A DNA stretch of 62,400 bases, the filler included, from Sluysia triapertura (lineage: Eukaryota): NCBI GenBank assembly GCA_046118255.1. It is 5 parts of 5 records of this genome, joined end to end, with 100 filler letters (N's around TTAATTAATTAA, not from the genome) between each part and the next. Parts side by side here need not be neighbours in the genome. Positions count along the whole stretch, not along the records: positions 21,909 to 35,605 come from JBJNIA010024398.1; positions 35,706 to 50,486 come from JBJNIA010243435.1; 3 more parts are not named here. One strand, 5' to 3'. The notes beneath the pieces are model-generated. The model was given only the letters and a program-made list of their open reading frames with translations, did no database searches and was not told the DNA's origin. Both the position numbers and the translations under genes were made by a program. This document shows positions 27,200 to 40,430 of this stretch, piece by piece; position 1 is the first letter of the stretch; every line of letters begins with the position of its first letter.

Positions 27200-28099
27200 T
27201 GTTTTAAATAATTAATAATTATTTGAACTTTTATAAAAACTATACAATTATTCACGAATCATAATTAGTATAATTAAGTAATTAAAATCTATGCGTAATA
27301 ATTTATAAATATTAACTAATTAATTAGTTAATGTATGAGTGACATATTTTCCTTACATATAAAACAAATAAACTTTAAAAAGTGGACACAAATAAAATCG
27401 CTAAAAAAAGTTATCGAAAAGGCTATCATACTAAAAGGAAGACTTATTAACAAGCTAGTTGGACAAAAAGTTTCTTCAAAAAACAAGACTAAATTAATCA
27501 AGCATCTAAAAGTACTCCTTCGATCAAGACATCAGACACTCATTTATTTGGAATTTTTATGATGATTCAAAACTATAAGTAAGCTTGTTATTGTTAAGTT
27601 GCGCATTGATACTTTGAGTTAAAATCTTAGGTAAAATCATTGTTAACTTAAACAATCCAAGCGTTCGCTGGATCAAAATCTTTATTAAAATTAGATCTTT
27701 TATTATCATTATTCGAAAGAATAAATCTTATTTATAATATTCATTTTGTGCATTTAATATATTTTTACTGTTTGATAACGTCTCGTTTATAATATTCATT
27801 TTATACTTTTATTTTTATACTTTGTTTACGAATAAAATTTATTTATTTCGAGTTGATTTTTCATTTTAGTATAAGAAAATAGTTCCTCTTAATATATATA
27901 CGGATCAAAAATATATAATTTTCAAGTTAATTTTTGTAAGATAGAAAGACAATTATTCTCTACGAATTAAAAAATAAATAAGCGTAAAGAAAATTCAAAG
28001 ACCATTAAGCGTTCTTTTAAAGTGAAAAATACTAACCATCATTAATTAAATTGCTACAAGAATTAGAATACGTCTTTCTCGGATATAAATCGTGTTACA
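27200..28099. mobile_element. Probable ~900-bp solo LTR inserted in the Gypsy RT
   Basis: TGT...ACA ends; flanks tagg/cagg (4-bp TSD with one mismatch). It splits RT between KTALITY and ATFQR. Confidence 0.6.
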
Positions 28100-28635
28100 C
28101 AGGCGGATCCAAGTAATTTGATAGTTTTATAATTGTTTCAAACTTAAAAAAGTTTAGCAGGAGGACTAGCCACCTTTCAAAGATGTATTAGCTACATTTT
28201 GATGGATGTAACTCATTATATGGCACATATTGACGACGTATCAATATATTTAAATACTTTTGAAGAACATCTAAACTATATAAATCAAGTATTCGCAGGA
28301 CTAAAAATTAAATTATCTAGATGTGAATTGGCTAAATCAAGTTATAGTGTATAGGATAGAGGAAGTCAACTACATCCATTAAATGTACAAAAAATTGAAG
28401 ATTTTCAGATTTAGATGAATAGAAGGATATTATAGAAAATTTTGCAAAAATAATGTTACCGTTTCATTTATTGATAAAAATGATTCATATTTTGTTTCCG
28501 GAGAGAAAAAACATGAAGCATTCAATACCTTGAAGCAAAAATTAATATCTTATCTTATTTTAAGATTTACAGATCTGAATCTACCTTTTATCATTATAAC
28601 AGATGCTAGTGGTTGTGCAATAGGTACTGTATTAG

Positions 28636-29053
28636 TGTTGAGATTGTCCAGTTAGTATAAGAAAGTAGATAAAAAGGCAAAAGAATTTAAAATATATATA
28701 AGGAAAAGTGATATAAAAGATCTGAAAGATGACAATATGAAAATAATTAAATATTTATAGAGCAAGAATAATGAACAGTAAAATGTTTATAATCATTTTG
28801 AAACCGAAGAATACCTTGGAGTTCCAAAAACCTTTGTAGGGTACTGAGACCCCGCGAAAACTTAAGTATTACGAGCTTCATATTGCTGATTTTAAGATTT
28901 AATCATTTTTATTTAATTTATTTAATTTATTTACTTATATTTGATTTATGGAGTTAATATAGTATTGAGTTGTTGTTTTTAATAATAATAATTAATTTTT
29001 GGGTTAATTTAATTATTAAGTTCTTGTTAATAATTTTGATTTAAAACGCAACA
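28636..29053 (+). mobile_element. 418-bp solo LTR inserted in the Gypsy RNase H
   Basis: TGTTG...CAACA termini with a perfect 4-bp TSD TTAG. Removing the insert restores GTVLEQKRNENTKDYVIS. Confidence 0.9.
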
Positions 29054-30799
29054 TTAGAACAAAAAAGAAATGAAAATACAAAAGATTATGTTATTTCAAT
29101 TATTATTATGACACTTAAACCACAAGAATTTAATTATCCAGTCATTGAATAAGAAGCTTTAGTAATTGTTTTTACTATTAAACAATTTCATCATTATATA
29201 TGATCAAGAAAAATATATTTATTCACATATCAATGTCCAATGGCTTATGACACTTTGTAACCCAGTAAGAGGGTCTCTTTTATTATAAAAGTGCAGGCAA
29301 GGCAAGTCTAATGTAAAAGCTTATTTTTTAATCTAGATTAGACGAAAAGTAAATGTCTTTTATAGCACATTAGTAAGAGAACACCAAAAATATGAAAAGA
29401 TACAAATAAAAAATTATTCAAAAAATCAAAAGAAAATCCAAAGTGCTTCATGCAAAATGATATTTTAAAATACATATGAAGAAGAAATTATTAAGAAGTT
29501 ATTACTCATCAGGAACTAATTTTACCAGTAAAATAATGGTACAAGTATGTAATTTGTCTGCATCAATAGGACAAATCCAGAAAGTGACGGTTTAGTTGAA
29601 AGATTTAATTAACTTTACAAACTTTTATTCAAAGATAAAATTAACTTCAACAAATTATTCTTATTTATTTCCAAACATAAAAAAAGAGTAAGGTTTAACA
29701 TATCAAACTAAATAACAAACAAAGTATAAAATTTTTTCCGCTTTCGATTTGCATAATAAAAATAATAAATATAAATAATATTATTACAAGAGATGGGTCT
29801 CTTGCGACTAATAAAATTTAGTTATTATTGCCACTTGTACTAAGTGATTGTATTATTTTTACAGTTTATTTGATATGTAAAAAAAATAGAAAGCAATTAT
29901 TTGAATTTTTCTTATTTTAAATGGCTAATGTAACACAATGGACAGTTATAAGCATGTGAAAGCTAAAGTTAGGTGTGACTAATACTACGTATCATTTGCA
30001 GCAATAACAGATGTGCAGGATTCACAATTCTGAAAATTGTCATTGTGAATTAACAAAGCCATAATAATCGAATTGTAACATCGGTTTAAGTTGTCTTAAA
30101 TTTTACATATTTTTCTATTTTTTATTTAAAATAAACACGAAAATGTCTCTTTTGATTATTTTATATGTTTATCATATCTTATTTCATATAAAATAAATGC
30201 AACGTAGTTTCATAATGTGGCAGATCGGTAAGAAATTATCAATATTATAATCAAAACAATAATTTTAGTAATAGAGTATTAATTATATTTATACATATTT
30301 TAAATTTAATTATTATGTACAATATAATTCACGTTTTATGATACAAAATAAATTTAACCTTATTAATTTTTAAAAAGAATTAATAAATTTATATTTAATT
30401 TAATTAATTTATTAAAAGTTTAAACGATAATTTTAGTCGCATTTCTGCATTATATGGACGAGAAGAATTCATCAAAAATGTCTATAAAAATAAACTATAT
30501 TAAAAGTTATAATTATACATTAAAACAATGTAATTTTAAAACATTACCTTTATCCAATAATAATCCAAAAATGTTAACGTTTATTAATAAAATTAGAAAA
30601 AAGCTTTTGTCCATTAAATATTAATAGCTTTTTACGCTTTCATAAACTAAGTAAAAGTAACGAGTATAATATTTTAGAACAATCAATGTCATTTATTTTC
30701 AATTTCCACAAAGTATAAAATTCATTTATTTTTAAATGATTGATATGAATAAACAAATACTTGCATTGATGATTGTCGTCACTATTATCATATTACTAT

Positions 30800-30818
30800 T
30801 TATAATAATTATAATAAT

Positions 30819-30861
<43 letters not shown>

Positions 30862-31070
30862 TAGTAATTTATATCACGCTCATATTTACTCCAAAGTAAG
30901 TACTCAAAAGCGCTTAAATTAAATCATTCACTATTTTTGAAACAAACGGTGTACTACCTATTACCTAGCTCTTATTATTACTTGGATTCTGTATAGATTA
31001 TTATTATGTCTCAACGAAATATGCATTTTTGTTTCCACATTTTTTATTATTTCTAAGAAATATTCAGGTC
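30800..31070 (-). mobile_element. 3' end of an L2/CR1-group LINE with an (ATT)n tail
   Basis: Minus strand aagcgcttttgagtac...gagcgtgatataaat followed by (att)n; homologous to 40070-40310. Confidence 0.7.
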
Positions 31071-33199
31071 CAGCTCACACACCTGCCTACACATCACATA
31101 AATCATAACAACCAAATACACAAACTTCATCAAAAAAATTACATGCAAGTTTTGTCCATATCATTTACAACATCACATCACGCAGATGCTTAATAAAACC
31201 CTTTTTACTAACATTTTCGATCAAAACAAAACATAACACTCGTTATCATCCTATCATCATTACTACACAACACTTTCCTCGTGTCTTGCGGTTTTCCATT
31301 TTTTATTTATCTTGTAATTTTATAGGTGTATAATTGTAGTATTTTATATTTACGCATAGCCATATAGGACTATGCCCTTATGTATAATATTTAATTTTTC
31401 GGCCAAAAGAATCACTACCATGTTCATCTATTATCCTGGAAGTCATAAAAAAATTAACCTTCACTGTAATCGATTTCAAAGCATCAATATTACTTATAAA
31501 TTGGTTTAACTGTTCCATTTAACGTTTAAAACCTTATTAGGTCACAAAGTCCACTATTTCTTACTCATAAAAATCCTTTTCAGGTTTCTTTTTTTTCAAC
31601 CGCGTGAAACTTTTAGCAGAATTACTGAAAACATTTCGAAGGTGACAGAGATCTAAAAGAGAGTTTAGAAAAGTTTAAGAAACCAACAAAAGACGTTACA
31701 GATTTAAAAAAGAATTAGAGAAACGTATGAATAAATGGAAAAGGAAATTCCACCAGATACTGTTCATAACGTTTTTAAATATTTAATTATTAGTATGCAT
31801 GGAAAAGTCTAATATGGAACACGATTTGCGCCATTCGATTTGCGCCATTCGATTTGGCAGCTAACTTGTATGCAAATGATGCGGATTCATTTTAAAGTAT
31901 TCTTCAATCACAACGTTACTTTTATTGTAGAATCAATTTCGGGTCTGAACACTTAAAATTAAAAATTATCTAATTATTATCAAACCCAACGTATTATTTA
32001 CTGGGAAATAAAAATAATTTTGAAGTTAAATTACAAAAATTCAATAGCTATGAACCAAATCAAATTGAGAAAATGAATTAAAATCTTTTGATATATTAGA
32101 AACATTTATATCAAAAAAAAATATCCATTGTGGAAACGATTATATAATATTAGCAATATTCAGTTAAAAATAATTATAAATAATGAATTTTAAAATTTAG
32201 CAAAATATTTGAACTGAATTTAAACGGTTAATGGAAATTATATAAAGTTTTACAGCATTTTAAATTAAAATCATTTGTTTGAAAATTACCATTTTTCAAA
32301 ACTTAATGACGAAATTATGTACCAGAAGAAATCAAGCAAAAATTTTGCAACAACAGCAGATCGCTTTAAAGTTCGTTTTTCAAAAATTAATGATGAATAT
32401 ATGTACAAGAAGAAATTTAACAAAAATTTCATGACTGCAGGCGATGAGGAAATGCAATATGACTTTGAGACTTGATGTAAACGATGTGTCTAAAACTTTA
32501 AAAACAAATTATTGTCAATGTATCCATAAAGCAAAGTGTTTCTTAGTCAACAATGTTATACGTAATGTCGAAGACATAGAATTCGAATTTTACGTCTCTA
32601 TGAAATTTAAAAATTTGATTAAAGTAATTTTACGAAAATTTTGTTTTATCCTTTTATACGTTTATACAGTAAACGATGTCTTTAAAATTGAAAGACATAA
32701 TATAAAATACTTGTATGAATTTTATAATTATTGCTATTTTTATAATGCTTATCGCGTAAAAGATTGTTCTGCTTCCCATCTTACAAAGATTTGCTTTGTC
32801 ATAAAAGGCTTTTTCTTAAAGAAACCGATCACTAGGTCCATCCTGAGCAGAATCTGCAAGACTGTAATCTGGGTCTGCCGCCTAGGCCTACGTGTCACTC
32901 TACATATGATCCACCTAGTGGACTCCAGGTACGTCGTAACGGTACGTCTCACCGTACTCATAGACACCATAGTCAGTTTAATTATCATAATTAAAAAGAT
33001 CTAGTTATGTTTAGTTTTCGAAGTGATTAGTGAACAATTGTTTAAAACGCTCTCTTTTTATATTCGTAAAATTAATAAATAAATTTTACGTTATCCCTAA
33101 GATAAAAATTTTAATAACGATAGAAATTTTGTTATTAATTGTTAGATATTAATTGTTAGATAATTATTTTAATATATATGCAATCGTACATAGGTTTCG

Positions 33200-33790
33200 T
33201 AATGTCACTAACTTTCTAATAACATAAGCATTTATAAATTATTGTTATTATTTTGAATTCTATTCTTGCTCTGATTGGCAACCAATGTAATTCCTTAAGA
33301 TAAGATATTACATGACATCTCTTCCTTCTCGGAGAATTAGTCTTGCTACTTCATTAATTATTAATTGTAATTTTTTCACTTTTCTATATGAAATTGAATA
33401 CAATAAGCCATTGTTAAAATCTATGTTGCTAGTTATCAATGAATGAACAATAAGTTTAGCTGTTTCTTTGTTAATAAATTTTCGAATATTTAATATTTTA
33501 TTTAATTGATATTTACACTTTTTAACAATACAATTAATATTTTCTTCCATGTTCATTCTTCAATCCATATAACAGCCTCTACTTCGTACTTTTTGCTTCA
33601 CATCTAGTGTGTCATACAATTAACTTTGCTTCATTTATTTTGGTATTGTCGCTATTTTTATTACTGAAGATTATAAATACTAACTTTTCTTCATTGATTA
33701 TTTTCAAGTATTTATTTCTAAACCATTTTATCAATTCAGATACTAGTTTTTCTGTTCTTTGAATAGTATTTTCTATGTTATTCATTTCAA
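33200..33790 (-). mobile_element. L2/CR1-group LINE ORF2 C-terminal remnant
   Basis: IRKFINKETAKLIVHSLITSNIDFNNGLL..KLQLIINEVARLI..LKELHWLPIRARIEFKII, typical of L2/CR1 ORF2 ends. Confidence 0.85.
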
Positions 33791-33856
33791 ATTTAGTATA
33801 TATATTTGATCAGAAAAATTTTTTAATGAAAAATAAAACAATGCTGTTTGTTGTAG

Positions 33857-34152
33857 AATCTGTGTTATCGAATATGTATTCGATTCTGTCGAAGCACTTG
33901 CAATCATCTGGCGACATAACACGATTACTATGGAAATTACAAGTACCGTCAGAAGACATTAAACGATTGGAAATTGAATTTCCACGAAAAAAAGACCAAA
34001 TGCTTATTAAAGGTTTGCAAATTTGGCAGGAAAAGATGCGAGATAAAGCAATTAGTGATAGATTAATTCATTGTGTCGATATGATTGGTAAAAGAAAAGC
34101 TCATAGAGAATTGGAGAAAATTAGCATTTTGGCCAATAGAATTCGACTTTAA
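33857..34152 (+). CDS. Terminal exon encoding a death-domain-like fold
   Basis: Phase-1 acceptor ttgtag; LSKHLQSSGDITRLLWKLQVPSEDIKRLEIEFP..MLIKGLQIWQEK..DRLIHCVDMIGKRKAHRELE fits the death-domain helix pattern. AATAAA follows downstream. Confidence 0.75.
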
Positions 34153-36417
34153 TTTTGCCGTGTTTTTATTTTTATATATTAACTTTTTTCGGTTTGTCTA
34201 GATGGTTTCTGTATTAACATTTTTTATTTACAGTATTCGATTTATGTATTGAGAAAATATGAATAAAGATTTTTAATAAATAACAATAATATAATATACT
34301 TAAATCTGATTTTATAAATATTTTCATCCCATTGTTATAATAATAAATTCATTTATTAATTAAATAACAATAATAATACATTTCAAACGAAATATCTTTA
34401 CAATTCTCATCGAATTTTGTAAATATTGTAGATTTGCTTCTAAAATTACATCGTAACAATCAACTAATGTTGTTTTCCTTCCATTTTCTGTTGTCATAAT
34501 TGATTCGTTATCTAATATCAAAAAATAATCAACTTTTTGATGTCAAATAATCAAAAGTATTTGGTTTACGAAAATTCTATCACAAATAACTGAATATTAT
34601 TATTATTTAGTTAGTTAGCTAATTTATTATAAATTACTTTGAGTAACTCATCCAATTCTTCTTCATCTTCTTCTATTGATAAAATAATATTACTTAATTA
34701 AATTATGCACATTATTTACTTTCAAGGTCAACAGGTAATTAAAATATTTAAATAAATGAAGAATTTTTATATTGGAATTTTTTAATAGACTTGTCTTATA
34801 GTATTATATGATGTTTTTTATATTTAATTATTGTAGAGCACATGTTACTTTTTTAAAGTTATATTTATTATTTGTATTTGATTATATATCTTTTTAACTT
34901 GATTTTTGGCATTAATATATCTTTATTATTATTGTTTATCATTAATGGGGAAATAGCATAAAAATAACATCTCTAAGGCATAAAAGTAACTTCATTTTAA
35001 TAGATTGATTGACGAAATTTAATTTTTCGTTCCAGGTTATCGTTCCATTTCTCTAACTTATTCAGAATCTATTTGTTCCTAAATCCTATTAGAATTTAAT
35101 ATTCGATATACAAACATTGGTTCCATTTCTTCTGATTATCCATATATACTTACAAATTTTTGATAAAACGGTATCCATTCCGTAAACATCCATATTTTTC
35201 TTTCTTTGTGCTGTTCTGATCTTCGAATAACTCGAATTCCACGACATTTTCGATAAATTTATAAAAACACTAAAACCCAATAAAATATATTTAGGAGTGA
35301 TTTGTTGTGATACCGAGTTTTTATAGTTAACTGATATCTAGTTTGGAAAAACTCTTTTGAAAAGATTTTAATAATCATTAATTAATAAAAACGAATGTAG
35401 TCTCTTAAAAATTTATTTATAAAAATCAGTTATAATAATAGACTGTGAAGTAGAAACGACAATGAGGCATATACTATGTCCGACTTGTAGTTGCTGCTTC
35501 ACAGTGTGATAATGAACTCTTCAAAGTTAAAAAAATGTAATGATTTAGGTTGTAAGAAAAGAGAATGTTAAATTAATTTATTGAGCTTATTAAAGATTTA
35601 TACTTNNNNNNNNNNNNNNNNNNNNNNNNNNNNNNNNNNNNNNNNNNNNTTAATTAATTAANNNNNNNNNNNNNNNNNNNNNNNNNNNNNNNNNNNNNNN
35701 NNNNNTTTTCGCAAAAAACGCACGACGCAGTTATAAACGTAATTTTCTAACACAAATTGGACATAATTGATTTTTACAAGTTTATCTTAGCGCGCAAGCT
35801 TCTATAATATATCTTCGACAATTGTACCTATTCGCAAGAGTTTTTGGAATATAAGTTGACGATTTTCTCTCCAGCAATTTTTAAACACAAAAAGAAATCG
35901 TTAGTTTGATTGAATTAAGATTTTCTGTTCTACTAGAAAGTAAAATTTACTTAAAATATTTTTATTAAAATTTTGGAGACCCCTTTTTAAGAGGAGTGGA
36001 AACGTTTCTTAAAATCAATTTTTTAAGATTATAAATTAATCTTAGTTAAATCTTTATTTTGTTATTTGCATGAATACTTTTGTAACTTTTATTATACATT
36101 TGTTTTGTATACATATATTGCCTGTGCCTTCTCTGTGTGGATACTTCAAGAATTTCAGCATCTTTAATTAAACTGAAATGAAGTTCGCAATCTTTATCTG
36201 TTCGATAAACAGTTTTATGATCAGCATTTGATTGCACTAATCATAATCATCATTAACTCTCAGGTGAACTACTTTATCGTCAACAAATGATTTCAACGTA
36301 TTATTATCTTGGATTGCACTAAGGCAGTAATCATGATCTTTATATGGCAGATAGACTACACTAATTGATACACTAACAATCTCTTTCGTGTCATCACAAT
36401 CACATTTCAATAATAAT

Positions 36418-36454
<37 letters not shown>

Positions 36455-37009
36455 TAACTTTTTCTTTATGTGTTTCTTGTTTCACGCGTAATATTTTTCC
36501 CGGTACATTTTGCAGAAAAAGTCTGCATACAAAGATAAATGTTTGTAATTAAATAATAGTTTCCAAATTTTCGAAATATGCGAAATATTAATGTTTTCAA
36601 TGGATCTTGAAACATTGTAAAGCGAAACATTATCTAAACTTTCTTAGAAAATTTCTATTATTTCGCCTAATTTCAATTGCTTTATTCAATATGAAATCAA
36701 TAATCCTACTGCATCCTCACAACCGTTCACATTATCAACTAATTTACAAACTGCACATTTAAACTTGTTTGATTCTATTATAACAAATGCTAAACCTTGA
36801 GCCATTAAAGATCTGAAATAACGCTTTTTATGAATCATCTACTTTTTCAATGAATATGATCTCCAAGATAAATTAAATCTATAAGACAGTTAAATATAAA
36901 TGAATTATTATCCAGATCTTCAGATGGACTAAAGAACGAAATTCGAAGTATTGAAAATGCTTGAAGCATTTCTAATAAAGCTAAACTGATAAATCACTAT
37001 ATTTACCTA

Positions 37010-37140
37010 TACACTCAAACCTGTTTTTGTGCGGTAAATAGGGACCGCATAAAAAAATCAAGAGTACCTATAAAAATAGTTTAAGAAACGCACAAAATAA
37101 TCGCATAAAAAAGGACCACATAAAAACTGTATAAGAATAA
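37010..37140. mobile_element. Pogo/Tigger-type terminal repeat or MITE fragment
   Basis: TA-cactcaaacctgtttttgtgcgg start, followed by reiterated cgcataaaaa/cacataaaaa motifs. Confidence 0.4.
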
Positions 37141-40069
37141 AGTCTTATTAAGCAACACTAAACTCAATGGTAAAGTTTTGTCATTCAATTCAATTATATC
37201 TACTGAGGTATTGTATGCACTCCATTTTGATACTTATTGTCTCTAAATCCATTTCTTAAACTAGAGACAATGTATCATTAATCAAAGTAGAACGTTTCGT
37301 ATTATTAATTATAATTTATCTGTCAAACTTCAAATTTTTTACATTTGCTTTTACTTCCTGATGAATGACTAAGTTTTAAATCAGTTAAATCATTTGATTC
37401 AGGGGATTTAATTTGAGGTAAACTCGTAAATGAATAAATGAATAAAAGGTTTATATTGGTATCAAATTTTGTTTTACTTCAAAAAAGCTGGAAAATTTTG
37501 TTCAGTAGTTCGTATTGATTTTAATTTAATACTTATTGATACATTAGGATTAAGCACTTTTTCATTAGTAATAACGTACAGTATTATTACTGCAAGTCTT
37601 CGAGTTATATTAAAAAATATTCGCATAAACTATACATTAATTTCCTATTTGTAACTTGAATCGTCGGCCTTTCGATTCGGTATTATTCGTGCTACACAAG
37701 TTTTTTTCTCCGATAAATCGAGAAATTTGAACTTAAATCATTATATTAATTTCTTTTCTGGTTGCTCTTACCTTTTCTTATAATTACTTTTTCTTTCATG
37801 TCTTCTCCAACATATCGCTGATTAAAAGCACGTTTATGAAATTTGTAAGTATATTTGGTCAGAAAGTGTCTACTGTTGGTTGATTATTACGTATCATTGG
37901 TGTCTAGGTGTTGTAATTTGAACTTTTCAAAGGAATGTGTTAAATGAATCTTCAGTGTTTACGGTAATCGTGTATAAATTTCTGATTTAAATGAGTACTA
38001 TGGGAATATAAAATCGACAAGTTAAAAAATAGATTGGATTTTATAGAAATTGTTATTTTAAAGTCGTCCTCGTATTTATTTCAAGTGTTGATGATTTGAT
38101 GTGTTGAATGATTGTGCATTTAGTTTGATGTTGTGTGTAAAAAGCCTGCTATTTTGTTGCGAGCTTAATGTGTTGTACTCCTTTGTTTAAGCATGAAATT
38201 TTAATGAAAAGGTTGAACCGCTACATATATAACGATAATTATAGTACAAAATATGCTTCGGATGCAACAACGAATTCGAAACATTTAGTTCAATTTGTTT
38301 CTTGTTTATTGTTTTTGGTTATTAAATTGTTATCTTCGATTATATTAAATACGAACTTAAAGCCGCGATAAATATATCTTTGAAATTGATTTGAATCGTG
38401 ATTTTCCATCTATCATTGAGTAATTTCTTCTGCCGCGTTGTTGTAATCGACTATCTTTATTTAATGATTGATGAAATTAGCATAACTTAATTCTGTTTTG
38501 CGGTCACTTACGTTTAGCCTAACGCATTTTGTATGTTATTTTCTTGTAGACAGTTGATTATACTAAATTGATGCCGATATAGTGATGCATAAGTAGTTTG
38601 AATTGTGCAGAGCCGAGCTGAAGAATAAGAATAAGAAATTATGTCAATATGTACAACAATGCATCATCTTTAAAATTTGAAAATGACTTAATGCTTCTGT
38701 TTTAAATGTGTTATGAACTTTTGATGCATTCCACAGAGTTGCTGTGGTTTTATTTTAAAACTCTTGCAAACTGATTTCTTATTATCTGAAGCAGAATCCA
38801 TCTAACAGAGACGACTTATATCTGACTGAAGGTGGTCTATTAGGATTTTAATGTACTTAAAAGAAATACTTGATACTTTAACTCTTTGAGACATGGTGGG
38901 ATTAATGCACGGTGGGATATTTTCTATACCATCTTGAAAAATTTAAATTCCTACTAGAACAGCGGTTTAATATTGCAAAAAAATATTCTTAAAAATAGTA
39001 TTGTGCAACATGAGTTTTTATTTTCTAAAATTCCATGTTTCAAAGAGTTAATTAATTTAAGAATTTTGAATTTTTTCCTGAATCTTTTTAGTGGATTCTT
39101 AGAATTCTTGCACGGATTTTCCGTAAAACTATCATATTAATTTTCTTTATAAATTATGATAAGTCAGAGAATCCTTAAGGGAATTCATTCAAGTACAACT
39201 TTTGTACCTAACCTCTTGCACATAACTGTTTCTAAAATCCAACGTCTGGCCCTAATCGGTAAGTCTAGTACCTTGATGGACTCTTACTATAATTAATTTT
39301 TTATTCTGTTAAGAAAAGTTCTAGCTTATACATTTTAAGAAGAACTTCTTGTGTCAGATATAAGTTGTCGTTAGTTTGTACTATCTTAAGAAACTTATTA
39401 TTTTAACAAAAATAATAACACACATACTCAAGTTACATTTAAAAGAATTAGTAAAATTTAATTACCACATAAACTAATCATAAAATACAGTTAAGAAATT
39501 AATTATCAAAATGATAATTGATTTAAAAATTAATTTTAAAGGATTCAAAAGGTTTTTTTCTTAAAGGTATTTTGAAAAATTATAACATTAAAATTATTAT
39601 AACTATTGTATTAAAAGTTTTATTCATTTGTGTTGCTTCATTTTAAAAAAGGTTCAAAGAAACTAAACTATTGTTTTTATATTAAAATTTATACCTTTAA
39701 TTGTTCTGATTTACTGCTAAACTTTTAAGGATTTTCACATAATTGTCTTTTCGAAGTATATAATTTAACAAAACATTTAAAATCCAAGAAAGCATTAATA
39801 TATTCGCTAACATTTATATTAAATCAAAATTGTTAATTTTCTCGATCCTTATAAATCGGATCTTATTTAAATTCATAAAAACCAATCTCGCTATATTAGA
39901 GGATCTTTAATCATTCGAGAATGTTTCTTTGTAACCTCCAAAAAGATTGCATTATTTATCTTTCACTGACAACTATGAGTTGACCCTTAACTATGTAAGC
40001 TCAATATCATAGGGGACTCAAAAAAGAAATAAAAAGTAAAACATATTTAATAGAATTAAAATAAATTAT

Positions 40070-40430
40070 CATATATTTATTGCGCTCATATCTACTGCGA
40101 AAGTACTAAAAAGCGCTTAAGATAAAACCGAAAGAACTTTACCTTTTCTTAAATATTTCATAATCTTCCAGTAATTTGACTTACCCTGGTAACTGATTGT
40201 ATATTTTGAGACCTAGCTTGTTATCGCTGTGGATTATATATAGATTATCATGCCTCAATGAAATATTCATCTTGCTTTCCAATTTTCTCATTATTTCTCA
40301 AAGATATTCAGAACTTCCGTAATGTAAGCATTTGTAAATTATTGTCATGATTTTAAATTCTATTCTTGCTTCTATTAGAAACCAATGTAATTCTTTAAGA
40401 TAAGGTGTTACATGAGATCTTCTTCCACTT
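40070..40430 (-). mobile_element. 5'-truncated L2/CR1-group LINE 3' end
   Basis: Encodes a HVTPYLKELHW..ARIEFKIMTIIYKCL-like segment matching 33230-33320, then a 3' UTR matching 30860-31070. Confidence 0.8.

Larger units (their letters stand above)
25600..29630 (+). mobile_element. pol: Heavily decayed Ty3/Gypsy pol (RT-RNase H-integrase) with nested LTR insertions
   Basis: RT: KFRFCVD..IDEMLDKL..YFTSINL (26990-27150) and ATFQRCISYIL..AHIDDV (28170-28220). RNase H: FIIITDASGCAIGTVL|EQ..NYPVIE*EALVIVF. Integrase: NPESDGLVERFN (~29570-29610). The left boundary is approximate. Confidence 0.85.

Noticed and set aside
31560-31790. Possible Tc1 transposase C-terminal remnant
   Set aside because: Only vague similarity (DLKKEL..EIPPDTV); the catalytic motif is not recognisable.
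31821-31856. 14-bp tandem repeat cgatttgcgccatt as a possible CRISPR-like or regulatory array
   Set aside because: Only ~2.5 abutting copies with no spacers; a simple slippage duplication in eukaryotic DNA.
37700-38700. Possible LINE RT remnant on the minus strand (AGF-like motif near 38145)
   Set aside because: A single short motif, with no collinear RT motifs recovered.
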